A program made the position numbers and the translations under genes. Shown here one piece after another: positions 1 to 9,265 of a stretch of 64,000 nucleotides of DNA. This DNA is from Acidobacteriota bacterium (GTDB taxonomy: Bacteria > Acidobacteriota > UBA6911 > RPQK01 > JADFOI01). Location of the stretch: assembly GCA_963663035.1 (NCBI GenBank), contig OY760074.1:1568001-1632000 (forward strand), read 5' to 3'. The first letter of the stretch is position 1; each line of letters begins with the position of its first letter. The notes beneath the pieces are model-generated. The model saw only the letters and a list, made by a program, of their open reading frames with translations, made no database searches and had not been told where the DNA came from.

Positions 1-1038
1 GAAGATGTCTTTGGGAATCATCCCATGGATTCCCTTGGTCCTGTCCACGTTCTGAGTCACGTGGTAATCCACCGCCAGGCTCGAAATCATGAAAGCCTCG
101 TTGCGGGTGAGATGGGGAAAGCGTTCCACCAGAAAGTCGATGGTCTCTCGCACAGCGATCTTCATGCCTTCATCCAGGTCTTCATGCAGTCCCATCACTA
201 TCCAATGGGTGGGCATCTCACCGCGGGGCCATTTCAGGCTCATGTCCTTGCGCACAAAGAACTGAAAGCGCCCCCGCAGCCCCGTTTCCAGGGCGTTGAC
301 GGAAACTTCCCCATGCCCCTGAACGGCATGGCCGTCCCCGGCTGAAAAGAGGGCTCCTTTGGTGTGCACAGGAATGTACAGGATCGTGCCCCTTCCCAGG
401 TCTTTGTTGTCCAGATTTCCGGCGTGCACACCGGGGGGACCGGTGCTGATGCGTCCCGCCGCCAGCACCGGCGCCACGCCCATGGAACCGAAAAAGGGAT
501 TGTCCAGGGGGATAATCACTCCCTCGGCCGCTTCAGTCGTCTTATTCTGAAGATCGACGCGAAGAATCTTCTCCCAGCGCTCAAACTCTCCCGGCAGCGT
601 CCCCGCTCGAGGGCTGAGTCGACTGTAACCAAAGGTATAGGCCAGTTGCACATCCAGAATCCGCACTTCCAGGACGTCGCCGGGTTCGGCTCCATTGACG
701 TAAACAGGACCCACCATGATGTGAGAGGCCGGGCCCCGATCGGTCACCTTGAGATAGATGTCACGGTAGTCCTGTGACATCTCCTCAGATGGAATCCCAA
801 TCTTATCCATATCAGCCGGATCCAGGCGGGGAACATCTTCCATAATCACGATGTCGCCCGGTTCGATCCTCAATACGGGCTCTATGTCGGCACTGAAGTG
901 CCCCCAGTGTATGGTCTCAGGACTGGCCTTGAGCTCGTAAACTTGCTGAGCCAGCACAACTGCCCCAGACGAACTCAAGCTGAATAATCCGACGGTGGCT
1001 GAAATCACAGTGAGAATGGCCAGATTCTTTCTACCCAT
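1..1038 (-). CDS. Acetamidase/formamidase family protein with N-terminal signal peptide (3' end runs off the window)
   Basis: Not in the ORF track because it has no stop in the window. Manual translation from ATG at 1038 (GGAGGAGG SD upstream) gives MGRKNLAILTVIS...SPETIHWGHF...GPVYVNGAEPGDVLEV...GNLDNKDL...AGDGHAVQGHGEV..ALET...HGMIPKDIF, which are typical FmdA/AmdA motifs. Confidence 0.85.
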   Translation of the reverse strand, partial: MGRKNLAILTVISATVGLFSLSSSGAVVLAQQVYELKASPETIHWGHFSADIEPVLRIEPGDIVIMEDVPRLDPADMDKIGIPSEEMSQDYRDIYLKVTDRGPASHIMVGPVYVNGAEPGDVLEVRILDVQLAYTFGYSRLSPRAGTLPGEFERWEKILRVDLQNKTTEAAEGVIIPLDNPFFGSMGVAPVLAAGRISTGPPGVHAGNLDNKDLGRGTILYIPVHTKGALFSAGDGHAVQGHGEVSVNALETGLRGRFQFFVRKDMSLKWPRGEMPTHWIVMGLHEDLDEGMKIAVRETIDFLVERFPHLTRNEAFMISSLAVDYHVTQNVDRTKGIHGMIPKDIF

Positions 1039-1303
1039 TGAACCTCCTCCCTCGAGTTGCAGGTACTATTTTTGCCAAATCTTAGACCTTTGAGGGGTTA
1101 AAGGCAATGGGAGAAAGGAGGCAGGGAGATAGGAGTCAGGAGGTAGGAGGCAGGAGATAGGAGATAGGAGGCCCGCAGGCTAAAGCCTGCGGCTCTGACA
1201 GAGTTAACGAGGCTCAGACAGAGTTGAGGAGTTTCAGACAGAGCCGTGGGCTCTTGCCCACGGGCCAGGTGTCAGTGGTCAGCGGTTAGTGGTCAGCGTT
1301 TCC

Positions 1304-1391
1304 TGGTGCCGGAGGCGGGATTCGAACCCGCACACCCTTTCGAGCGCCACCCCCTCAAGATGGTGTGTCTGCCAAGTTCCACCACTCCGGC
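1304..1391 (-). tRNA. tRNA-Leu(GAG)
   Basis: GCCGGAGTGGTGGAACTTGGCAGACAC...CCATC-TT-GAG-GG-GGTGG, long variable arm, GGTTCGAATCCC T-arm, ends CCA. Lies downstream of secG, a conserved arrangement. Confidence 0.95.
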
Positions 1392-1399
1392 ATGAAAGT

Positions 1400-1810
1400 C
1401 TATGGGTTTGCCCCCGAACCCTCCTCGGCTGCAGGCTCCGAAGGTAGCGGGTCGGAGGGCTGCTCAGCGGAGGGTAGCTCGTCTGTAGGTGCGGCAGCGG
1501 GAGCTGTTGACGGCTCTGTCGTAGACTCTAGCGGGACCTCCTCCGGTTGAGGAATCCCCTCCAGGACCGTTCCCCTGGTGCCCTGAGTCATCATGATGGC
1601 CAAGCTCAGCGAGGTGATCATGAAGAGAACCGCGCATATCGTGGTGGCCTTGGTGAGCATAGTGGCCGCTCCCCGTGCACCAAAAGCGGTCTGACTTCCT
1701 GTGCTTCCAAAGGTGGAAGCCAGATCTCCCGCCTTACCTGACTGTAGAAGCACCACCAGGATCAAAACCAGTGAAGCCACAATATGAAGAGAGATGACGA
1801 GTACAAGCAT
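1400..1810 (-). CDS. secG: Preprotein translocase subunit SecG
   Basis: Two TM helices, LLQSGK..DL...FG...GA...LTKAT motif, follows tpiA. Confidence 0.93.
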   Translation of the reverse strand: MLVLVISLHIVASLVLILVVLLQSGKAGDLASTFGSTGSQTAFGARGAATMLTKATTICAVLFMITSLSLAIMMTQGTRGTVLEGIPQPEEVPLESTTEPSTAPAAAPTDELPSAEQPSDPLPSEPAAEEGSGANP

Positions 1811-1887
1811 GTTGGACTAATTAAACACTGACCGCTGACCGCTGACAAGAGGGTCACCTGGCCGGGTGACGTTTTAGTTGCTTCGGC

Positions 1888-2655
1888 TCAGGCGCTCTCC
1901 TGGACAATTCTAGCAAACGATTGTGCATCCAGACTGGCACCACCAACCAGAGTTCCGTCGATATCCTCCTGAGCCATCAACTGAACCACATTCTCCGGCG
2001 TGACGCTCCCTCCATACAGGATGCGCATATGAACCGCAATTTCTTCAGAACAGTGATTGGTGAGCCAATTGCGAATCATCTGGTGGACACTCTCGGCCAT
2101 TTCGGGGGTCGCTGTCCGACCCGTCCCGATGGCCCAGACCGGTTCATAGGCAATGATGATACGGGATGTCTGGGGGTCTGTCAATTGGCGCACGGCCCGT
2201 TCTAACTGGCCCACAACCACATCCTCAACCCGGTCCGCCTCCCGCGCCTCCAGAGATTCACCGATACAAAGGATGGGGATCAGATCGGTGGTGAGAACTT
2301 TCTCAAGCTTGCGTTGAATCATCTCGTCAGATTCATGGAAAGAGTGGCGGCGCTCGGAATGTCCGAGGATGACATACTGGCAGCCGCAATCCAGCAACAG
2401 GGGAATGGAGACTTCTCCGGTAAAGGCCCCCTCATCCTCCCAGTGGACATTCTGGGCGCCCAGTTGCACCGCACTGTCTTTGAGAACCTCGTGAACCGCA
2501 GACAAGGCGGTAAAAGGAGGGCAAACGAGGACTTCCACTGCTGAAGGATCACCGATCAACTTGAGGATCTCTCGAACGGTGGCCTGAGCCTCATCACGAG
2601 TTTTGAACATCTTCCAATTTCCTGCAACAACGGGTTTTCGACTTTCCTGGTCCAT
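1888..2655 (-). CDS. tpiA: Triosephosphate isomerase
   Basis: AGNWKM, HSERR, AYEPVWAIGTG, YGGSV and LVGGASL motifs. Confidence 0.98.
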   Translation of the reverse strand: MDQESRKPVVAGNWKMFKTRDEAQATVREILKLIGDPSAVEVLVCPPFTALSAVHEVLKDSAVQLGAQNVHWEDEGAFTGEVSIPLLLDCGCQYVILGHSERRHSFHESDEMIQRKLEKVLTTDLIPILCIGESLEAREADRVEDVVVGQLERAVRQLTDPQTSRIIIAYEPVWAIGTGRTATPEMAESVHQMIRNWLTNHCSEEIAVHMRILYGGSVTPENVVQLMAQEDIDGTLVGGASLDAQSFARIVQESA

Positions 2656-2660
2656 CCTGT

Positions 2661-3869
2661 TTACTCCTTCGTGCCTCGCTTGGTTAAAATCTCCACTCCG
2701 GGAAGTGTTTGACCCGCCAAAAACTGCAGCGAGGCGCCTCCTCCCGTGGAGACATGAGAGATCTGATCCTTCACACCGGCCTTGACCAGAGCTCCGATAG
2801 AGGCTCCGCCACCCACCACGGACAAGGCCGTGCTTTGGGCAACCGCCCTTGCGATCTCAACTGTCCCGCGGGCAAACTCATCGATCTCAGAAACACCCAG
2901 CGGGCCATTCCAGATAATGGTCCGGGCTCGTGCAATCTCCTTTTGAAACTCCTCAATCGTCCCAGGACCGATATCCAGACCCATCCAATCCTTCTCGATG
3001 CCACCGGCTTCCACAATTTCTGTCCTGACATCGGGCTGACACTTCCGGGCTACCACATTATCCACGGGAAGCCTCAGAGCCACTCCACGGGATTCCGCGC
3101 TCCGGATGAGCTCCCTGGCTACTTCAAGCTTCTCAGTCTCGACAAGGGAACTTCCGATGGTCTTTCCCTGAGCCTTAAAAAAAGTAAATGCCATTCCTCC
3201 ACCAATCAGAATCGTGTCGGCAAGACCGAGGAGATTCCTGATCAGTTCTATTTTGTCAGAAACCTTGGCTCCACCCAAAATCGCCACCACCGGATGCTGT
3301 GGGTGTAAGAGAACTCGGGATAGATATTCCAGCTCCTTTCTCATCAGCAAACCTGCCGCCCCTCTTCCCAGAATCTGAGGAATCCCGACCGTGGAGGCAT
3401 GGGCGCGGTGAGCAGCGCCGAAAGCATCGTTGACATATTCCTCGGCCCAGCCTCCCAGCTGACGAGAAAAGTCAGGGTCGTTTTGGGCTTCCCCTTCGTG
3501 AAATCTCAGGTTCTCCAACAGGAGTATGCGGCCCGGCTGGAGCGCCATGACCCTCTCTTTGACCTCGCTTCCGATGCAGTCCTGGACGAATGCCACTTCC
3601 TGATTCAAGAGTGTGGAGAGTGCATCGGCCACAGGCCTCAGGGAAAATTCCTGGCGACGCTCTCCCTTGGGTCTCCCCAGATGGGACGCCAGTACGATGC
3701 AGGCCTTCCTTTCAGCGGCCAGCTCGATGGTAGGCAACACTGCCCTGATGCGAGAGTCGTCGCTGACCCTGCCTTGTTTTATGGGAACATTAAGGTCCAC
3801 CCGGACAAAGAGACGCTTCTGCTCAAGATCGAGGTCCCCAATGGAGAGTCTGGAAAAGGTGTCCGCCAT
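2661..3869 (-). CDS. pgk: Phosphoglycerate kinase
   Basis: RVDLNVP, SHLGRP, LLENLRF, NDAFGAAHRAH, GGAKVSDK and STGGGASL motifs; lies between gap and tpiA. Confidence 0.97.
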   Translation of the reverse strand: MADTFSRLSIGDLDLEQKRLFVRVDLNVPIKQGRVSDDSRIRAVLPTIELAAERKACIVLASHLGRPKGERRQEFSLRPVADALSTLLNQEVAFVQDCIGSEVKERVMALQPGRILLLENLRFHEGEAQNDPDFSRQLGGWAEEYVNDAFGAAHRAHASTVGIPQILGRGAAGLLMRKELEYLSRVLLHPQHPVVAILGGAKVSDKIELIRNLLGLADTILIGGGMAFTFFKAQGKTIGSSLVETEKLEVARELIRSAESRGVALRLPVDNVVARKCQPDVRTEIVEAGGIEKDWMGLDIGPGTIEEFQKEIARARTIIWNGPLGVSEIDEFARGTVEIARAVAQSTALSVVGGGASIGALVKAGVKDQISHVSTGGGASLQFLAGQTLPGVEILTKRGTKE

Positions 3870-3905
3870 GCGTGGATTCCGGATGCTGGATTCTGGATTC
3901 TTCTG

Positions 3906-4913
3906 TTAAAGCTTTTTCCCGATGAATTCGGCTAACTCCACGACACGACTCGAATATCCCCACTCGTTATCGTACCAGGCCAGGACCTTGACCATGTTGT
4001 CGCCCAAGGTTTTGATGAAGGGACCATCCACAATGGCCGAATGGGGATCTTTGGTGAAATCGGAAGAAACGAGGGGTTCATCGCTGTATGCCAATATCCC
4101 CTTCAATTGAGCTTGGGCAGCTTCGCGAAAGGCATCTTTGACTTCATCGTCCGAGACATCCTTTTCCAGGGTAGCCGTCAAGTCGACCAGGGATACCTTC
4201 GGTGTGGGGACCCGAATGGAAATTCCATCCAGCTTTCCTTCTAATTCAGGAAGCACCTGGGTCACGGCCAGTGCGGCTCCTGTAGTGGTGGGAATCATGG
4301 AGAGAGCGGCTGCGCGAGCTCTCCTCAGATCTTTGTGGGGGAGATCCAGAATACGCTGATCAGTGGTGTAGCTGTGAATGGTCGTCATGAGACCCTTGCG
4401 GATTCCGAAGTGCTCATGCAAGACCTTTGCAACAGGTGCCAGGCAGTTGGTGGTACAGCTGGCATTGGAAACAATAGAGTGCTGGCCTGGATCGTACTTC
4501 TCCTCATTGACCCCCAGGCAGACCATCAGGTCCTGGTCCTTGCCAGGCGCACTCACAATGACCTTTTTTACCGAATCGCGCAGGTGCTTGGCGGCATCCT
4601 GGCGCTTTCGAAACAGCCCGGTGGACTCTATGACGATCTCCGCTCCGGCTTCACCCCAGGGGATCTGCCCGGGATCCCTTTGGGCAGAGACTTGGATCTT
4701 TCTTCCCTCTACGGAGAGAGAGTTTTCATCGTAAGTTACCTCAGCTGGCAATCGCCCATAGATGGAATCATATTTCAGCAAGTGGGCCAGGGTCTTTGGA
4801 TCCGTGATGTCATTAATAGCCACAATCTCCACTTGAGAATCGGACTCCATTGCAGCCCGAAAGACATTGCGCCCGATCCGTCCAAAACCGTTGATTGCTA
4901 CCTTTGTGGCCAT
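3906..4913 (-). CDS. gap: Type I glyceraldehyde-3-phosphate dehydrogenase
   Basis: INGFGRIGR, SNASCTTNCL and WYDNEWGYS motifs; start re-assigned to MATKVA at 4913. Confidence 0.98.
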   Translation of the reverse strand: MATKVAINGFGRIGRNVFRAAMESDSQVEIVAINDITDPKTLAHLLKYDSIYGRLPAEVTYDENSLSVEGRKIQVSAQRDPGQIPWGEAGAEIVIESTGLFRKRQDAAKHLRDSVKKVIVSAPGKDQDLMVCLGVNEEKYDPGQHSIVSNASCTTNCLAPVAKVLHEHFGIRKGLMTTIHSYTTDQRILDLPHKDLRRARAAALSMIPTTTGAALAVTQVLPELEGKLDGISIRVPTPKVSLVDLTATLEKDVSDDEVKDAFREAAQAQLKGILAYSDEPLVSSDFTKDPHSAIVDGPFIKTLGDNMVKVLAWYDNEWGYSSRVVELAEFIGKKL

Positions 4914-4999
4914 TTCTTCTCCATTTTCTCGGCGCCGTTCTCTCCCTGAACTTGGAGAGACCTTTATATCAGCAGGATCAGACTGAAACAAGACATGAG

Positions 5000-5932
5000 T
5001 TAACCGTCCTGCCGGTAGGGATCACTGCCGTCCGGCTGGGTCTGAAAGCGCCGGTGTCCCCACAACCAGCAGTGGGGGTACTCACGGATGACCTCTTCGA
5101 TTTTTCCATTCACCAGGGTCATGGTCTCCCTGATATCCTTCTGGGAATCACCGCTGCTCACCACCTCTATGGGGGGATAAAAACGAATGATGTAGTGGCC
5201 ACGGCGGTGGCCTGGGAAGATAAAACCCACCACAATCGGCATCGAGGTCTTCAGGGACAGAGCGGCCACGCTGGAATTGGTCGAGGCTGGGTGACCGAAG
5301 AGGGGAACGTAAACACCTTCCTTCTCCTGGCTGTTCTGATCCAGAAGAAACCCCACATCGCCACCCTCCCTGAGAAGCTTGAGGATTTGTCGCACAGATC
5401 CCTGTTTGGCGATGACCTGATTGCCGGACTGCGTGCGCAAACGCGTGACCCAGCGCTCCAGAAAAGGATTATCCAGGGGGCGCACCACAAAACTGAGAGG
5501 ATGCCCGTAAAGCGCATGAGCGACAGGTAAAAGCTCCCATGCGCTGATATGAGCAGTGAAAAAAAGCATGGCCGGATGGCGCTGTCGGGCATCGAGATAA
5601 TTTTCCAGTCCACGGTCTGCCTCATAGCGAACCCGCCTCTTGACTTTCTCTGGGGTTAGACGATGCAGGCGGCTCAGCTCGACCACATGGTCTCCCAACT
5701 GTTGAAAGCTTTGCCGAAGAATCCGCTTCTTCCAGTGCTCATCTCTCTCAGGAAAAGCGATGCTCAAATTGATCATCCCAATGCGGCGATGTTTCTTATC
5801 CAGGAGGAACACCAAAGCCGCCAGCCCTTCGCAAACAGGATAGGCCAGAAAGCGCGGCAGCACTCCAATGAGCGCGAAAAACACCCGAACCAGAGCATAG
5901 ATCAAACTGTCGAGTGTTCTGGTCAGGGGCAT
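5000..5932 (-). CDS. Lipid A late acyltransferase (LpxL/HtrB family)
   Basis: TAHISAWE, RPLDNP, FLLDQ and WLWGHRRF motifs with an N-terminal TM; start at MPLTR (5932). Confidence 0.85.
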   Translation of the reverse strand: MPLTRTLDSLIYALVRVFFALIGVLPRFLAYPVCEGLAALVFLLDKKHRRIGMINLSIAFPERDEHWKKRILRQSFQQLGDHVVELSRLHRLTPEKVKRRVRYEADRGLENYLDARQRHPAMLFFTAHISAWELLPVAHALYGHPLSFVVRPLDNPFLERWVTRLRTQSGNQVIAKQGSVRQILKLLREGGDVGFLLDQNSQEKEGVYVPLFGHPASTNSSVAALSLKTSMPIVVGFIFPGHRRGHYIIRFYPPIEVVSSGDSQKDIRETMTLVNGKIEEVIREYPHCWLWGHRRFQTQPDGSDPYRQDG

Positions 5933-5940
5933 TTTGACCC

Positions 5941-6906
5941 TTAAGGCGAGTTCTCCGAAGAAATCTTCTCCAGCAGCTTTCCCCACGATTCCTGCTCTCG
6001 CTGGGGATCGACCAACGAGGAAAGTCGAGCACAATGCGATTGAAGGTCCTGGTAGAAGCTTTCGTCCACCTCAGCCTTTCGGAGCTGCCGTGCCAGAGCA
6101 CGGGTGTCTCCCAGGGGAAAATAGCCTGGGTACTTCTCACCCAGCGTGCCCATGAGGCCGGGAATCTGCGAAGCCACTACCGGCACCGAAGAAATCAAGG
6201 CTTCCGAGAGAACATTTGAACTCCCTTCCATTCGGGAGGTCAGAGCCACCAGGTGGCTGCCAGCCACCAGGCGGCGGGTCTTTCCATAGGGAAGAGCCCC
6301 CATCCAACGATAACGTGGGTTGCTCTGAGTTTCTTCGAGTGCTTTGTTCTCCATCCCAGGACTGAGCGCCTCTCCCACCTGCAAAATCTTGATCCGCGAA
6401 GAGGCGGGGAGGCGTCGACTGGCCAGAGCAGCACGAAACGGATCCTTTTCAGGCCTCAGATTTCCCACCACACAGACTCGAAAAGAGCCCTTGGGAGGGG
6501 AGGGTTTGCCCGGAACCGGTTCAGCAGATTGGTAGATGACGAAAGTTTTCTTTCGGACAGCGGCGGAGAGCTCCCTCAGCGCCTGCTCCTGCAACGCGAC
6601 CACATGGGTCGCCAGCTGGAACGACTCTCGGACCTCAGGTCTGTGGTGAAGATCACGATAAAGATCCGTCCCCGTGAGCACCACCACCAGAGGCTTGGTG
6701 GGATGCTCTTCGCGAAATCGGCGAATCGAGTCAAAGCTCTTGACAGCGTGCAGCGCAATCAGGAGATCACAGAAGTCCCCATCAAAGTGGCGTCCGACGG
6801 TGGCCCGATGTCCGAGTCGCCTGAGCATTCGCGCCCATCGGCGAGCCGTCACCCGGTTTCCGTCCAATAAGGCTTTCGGTGTCGGTGTGACCAGTCTGAT
6901 TTTCAT
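5941..6906 (-). CDS. senB: SenB-like glycosyltransferase (selenosugar synthase family, TIGR04348-type)
   Basis: N-terminal IVTP..GNRVTARRWA..L-type signature, IALHA.KS, LTGTDLY, GNLRPEKDP and SRMEG..NVLSEA motifs (GT-B fold); adjacent to an EgtB/SenA-like gene. Confidence 0.8.
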   Translation of the reverse strand: MKIRLVTPTPKALLDGNRVTARRWARMLRRLGHRATVGRHFDGDFCDLLIALHAVKSFDSIRRFREEHPTKPLVVVLTGTDLYRDLHHRPEVRESFQLATHVVALQEQALRELSAAVRKKTFVIYQSAEPVPGKPSPPKGSFRVCVVGNLRPEKDPFRAALASRRLPASSRIKILQVGEALSPGMENKALEETQSNPRYRWMGALPYGKTRRLVAGSHLVALTSRMEGSSNVLSEALISSVPVVASQIPGLMGTLGEKYPGYFPLGDTRALARQLRKAEVDESFYQDLQSHCARLSSLVDPQREQESWGKLLEKISSENSP

Positions 6907-8219
6907 TTTATAGTGTCTCGAGCAGCGGTGCGAAATCCAGCCAATATATCGCGCCGGTCAGGAGTCTGGTAATTGCGCCATGTGTTGTGGACAAGCCGCG
7001 ATCGAGTCGTCCAGCAGCCACCACGCATCACCTTGCGTGTGCCAAACCAGGGCTCAGAGTAATCCTTATAGGGATCCACCACGAAACCGGGGTAGGGCAA
7101 AAAGTCGTTGGCGATCCATTCCCACACGTTTCCGATCATCTGGCGGCAGCCCGAGGGGCTGTCACCCTCCTTCAGCGCTCCTACCTCCACACATCCTCCG
7201 GCTTCCCAGTCCAGGTTGGCACGTCCACTGGTGGGCGGCTCATCACCCCAGGGAAAGCGCCTCTTAGCCTCACTGATTGTCCCGTCCGATTGAAAGCTTT
7301 GCGAAGCCGCCATCTCCCACTCGGGCTCACTCAAGAGACGCCGTCCGGACCAGTTGCAGTAGGCCTCCGTTTCATACCAGTTGACATGAATCACGGGAAG
7401 ATTTTCCTCCAGGCGGTGGAACTGGTTGAAGTGACGACGCATCCACTGGTTTGCGGATTCACGCTTCCAGTAGACAGGGTGCTGGGCATCGGCCTGCTCA
7501 CGCCAGCTCCATCCAGGCTCACTCCACCATTCCCGGCGCTGATATCCCCCCTCCTCCACAAAGACTGCAAACTCAGCATTGCTCGTGGCCGCCCGTGCCA
7601 CTCGAAAGGGCTTGACCTGGACAGGATGGCTCCACTTCTCATTGTCGAAAACGAAAGGCATCTCGGGCGTTGACCCTAAGGGAAATGTCCCCCCCGGGAC
7701 TTCCACATCACCGGAGAGAGGTCCCCTCTCCTCTTGAGAGGCGGCTTTCTCCTCCCTATCCTGAGCCCACAGAGGAGGTGGGAAATAGTTGAGGGTCTGT
7801 CTTGTGTGGGTGAACGCCTCATCGTGCATATCTTCGTGAAAGAGTGCCAACCGATAAAAATAGGCCTCCTCTTCCGTCTTGGGTGATTGCAGGGCCTCGA
7901 TGATGCCAGAGAGCACCTGCTCCATGTAGCGAAGGGTCTTCTTCCGTGAGGGAAGAGGCAGGTCCCAGCGCGTATCGTGAGCCACGGCCATGGAATCGTA
8001 GAGCCGATCCCCATCCTCTCGAATCGGTTCCTTTTTTAACAAATGACGGAGTGTCCATTTTTCCTGAAACCAGGCCACATGTCCGATCTCCCAGAGAAGC
8101 GGATTGACAATATCAAGACGGGGTCCCATCAGCTGCTCATCCGACAGATCCTCCACCAGTGCCAGGGTTCGAGAACGAGCTTCCTTCAACTGATCAATCA
8201 AATTCGCTGAAATACTCAT
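6903..8219 (-). CDS. senA: SenA/EgtB-family non-heme iron sulfoxide/selenoxide synthase (DinB + FGE domains)
   Basis: NPLLWEIGHVAWFQE and HEDMHDE (3-His iron triad), FVFDNEKWSH and an FGE-sulfatase C-terminus (GNVWEW, RGGCW, GFRT); coupled to senB. Confidence 0.75.
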   Translation of the reverse strand: MSISANLIDQLKEARSRTLALVEDLSDEQLMGPRLDIVNPLLWEIGHVAWFQEKWTLRHLLKKEPIREDGDRLYDSMAVAHDTRWDLPLPSRKKTLRYMEQVLSGIIEALQSPKTEEEAYFYRLALFHEDMHDEAFTHTRQTLNYFPPPLWAQDREEKAASQEERGPLSGDVEVPGGTFPLGSTPEMPFVFDNEKWSHPVQVKPFRVARAATSNAEFAVFVEEGGYQRREWWSEPGWSWREQADAQHPVYWKRESANQWMRRHFNQFHRLEENLPVIHVNWYETEAYCNWSGRRLLSEPEWEMAASQSFQSDGTISEAKRRFPWGDEPPTSGRANLDWEAGGCVEVGALKEGDSPSGCRQMIGNVWEWIANDFLPYPGFVVDPYKDYSEPWFGTRKVMRGGCWTTRSRLVHNTWRNYQTPDRRDILAGFRTAARDTIK

Positions 8220-9265
8220 TGCGATCTCTCCACCTGACGTTTCAACAACAGCAATGAAAACCACTCCTGGGGATCGGTAAAATGTGCGATCGATTCCAGA
8301 CCGATGAGTTGAAAGTGCTGCTGAAGTTCAAGGGGCTCAAACTTACGACTGATTTCGACGAGAATCTCCTCCCCTTCCTTCCACAAGAACTCCGATTTCA
8401 CAGGAGGGAGATCTATCTTCTGATCTGAGGTGGAGACAGCGTACATTTCCATCTGCTGCAACTGGAGATTATAGAAAGAGTGGTAGCGCATTTTCGCCAG
8501 GTCGAAATTGCTACCCATCACCCGATTGATGTTCTCAAAGGCGTTTAAAATGAAATCGGATGTCGTTCCTTCAGAATCGTTGTAGGCCTTTTCCAGAGTC
8601 TCCACTCTTTTGTCACGATCTACACCGAGAAGCAAGAGATCATTCGAGCCCATGCATTCCCTGAGCAGCCGAAAGAAACGCATGAAATCGGACCGATCAA
8701 AGTTGCCCACACTGCTTCCCAGAAAGACGAAAAGTGTGGGAAGGCTTTTCTCGATACTGGAGATCCCCTTCTCGTAACGAGCACACAATCCATGAAAGCC
8801 CAGTTGGGGAAACTGCTCATTGACCGAGTCCCTCGATTCAATCAGAGCCGTCAGACTCACGTCAATGGGAACAAATGTCCCTCCGCCCAGTTGTCTGACT
8901 TGTTCGCTCAGAAGATGGACCGTTTTTTTGGAAAAACCTGCGCCCAACTCCACCAGACATTCCGCTTCAGTCAGGGCAATGATCTGTTTCGCCTCCTTTT
9001 CAAGGATGGCATCCTCCGTACGGGTCAGGTAATACTCGGGAAGAGCGGAGATCTTCTCGAACAAGTGGGAGCCTCGCTCATCGTACAAAAACTGAGGCTC
9101 TATGTGGCGGGGCTGGTCGAGAAGTGCCCTGGCGATGGATCGCGCCACATCTTCCTCAGGGGTCTCGGAAGTCAGTGCCCAGATTGAAGGATCGACAGGA
9201 TACCAACGCTCCAGCTGGGCAGATGAGAAAATCTCAGGTGGACTTTCTATCTTTTGATCTCTCAT
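8216..9265 (-). CDS. egtD: L-histidine N(alpha)-methyltransferase (EgtD, Methyltransf_33 family)
   Basis: FLYDERGSHLFE, PEYYLTRTE, ELGAG, FLGSSVGNF and EISRKF motifs; start MRDQK at 9265 overlaps the symporter stop. Confidence 0.85.
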   Translation of the reverse strand: MRDQKIESPPEIFSSAQLERWYPVDPSIWALTSETPEEDVARSIARALLDQPRHIEPQFLYDERGSHLFEKISALPEYYLTRTEDAILEKEAKQIIALTEAECLVELGAGFSKKTVHLLSEQVRQLGGGTFVPIDVSLTALIESRDSVNEQFPQLGFHGLCARYEKGISSIEKSLPTLFVFLGSSVGNFDRSDFMRFFRLLRECMGSNDLLLLGVDRDKRVETLEKAYNDSEGTTSDFILNAFENINRVMGSNFDLAKMRYHSFYNLQLQQMEMYAVSTSDQKIDLPPVKSEFLWKEGEEILVEISRKFEPLELQQHFQLIGLESIAHFTDPQEWFSLLLLKRQVERSQ

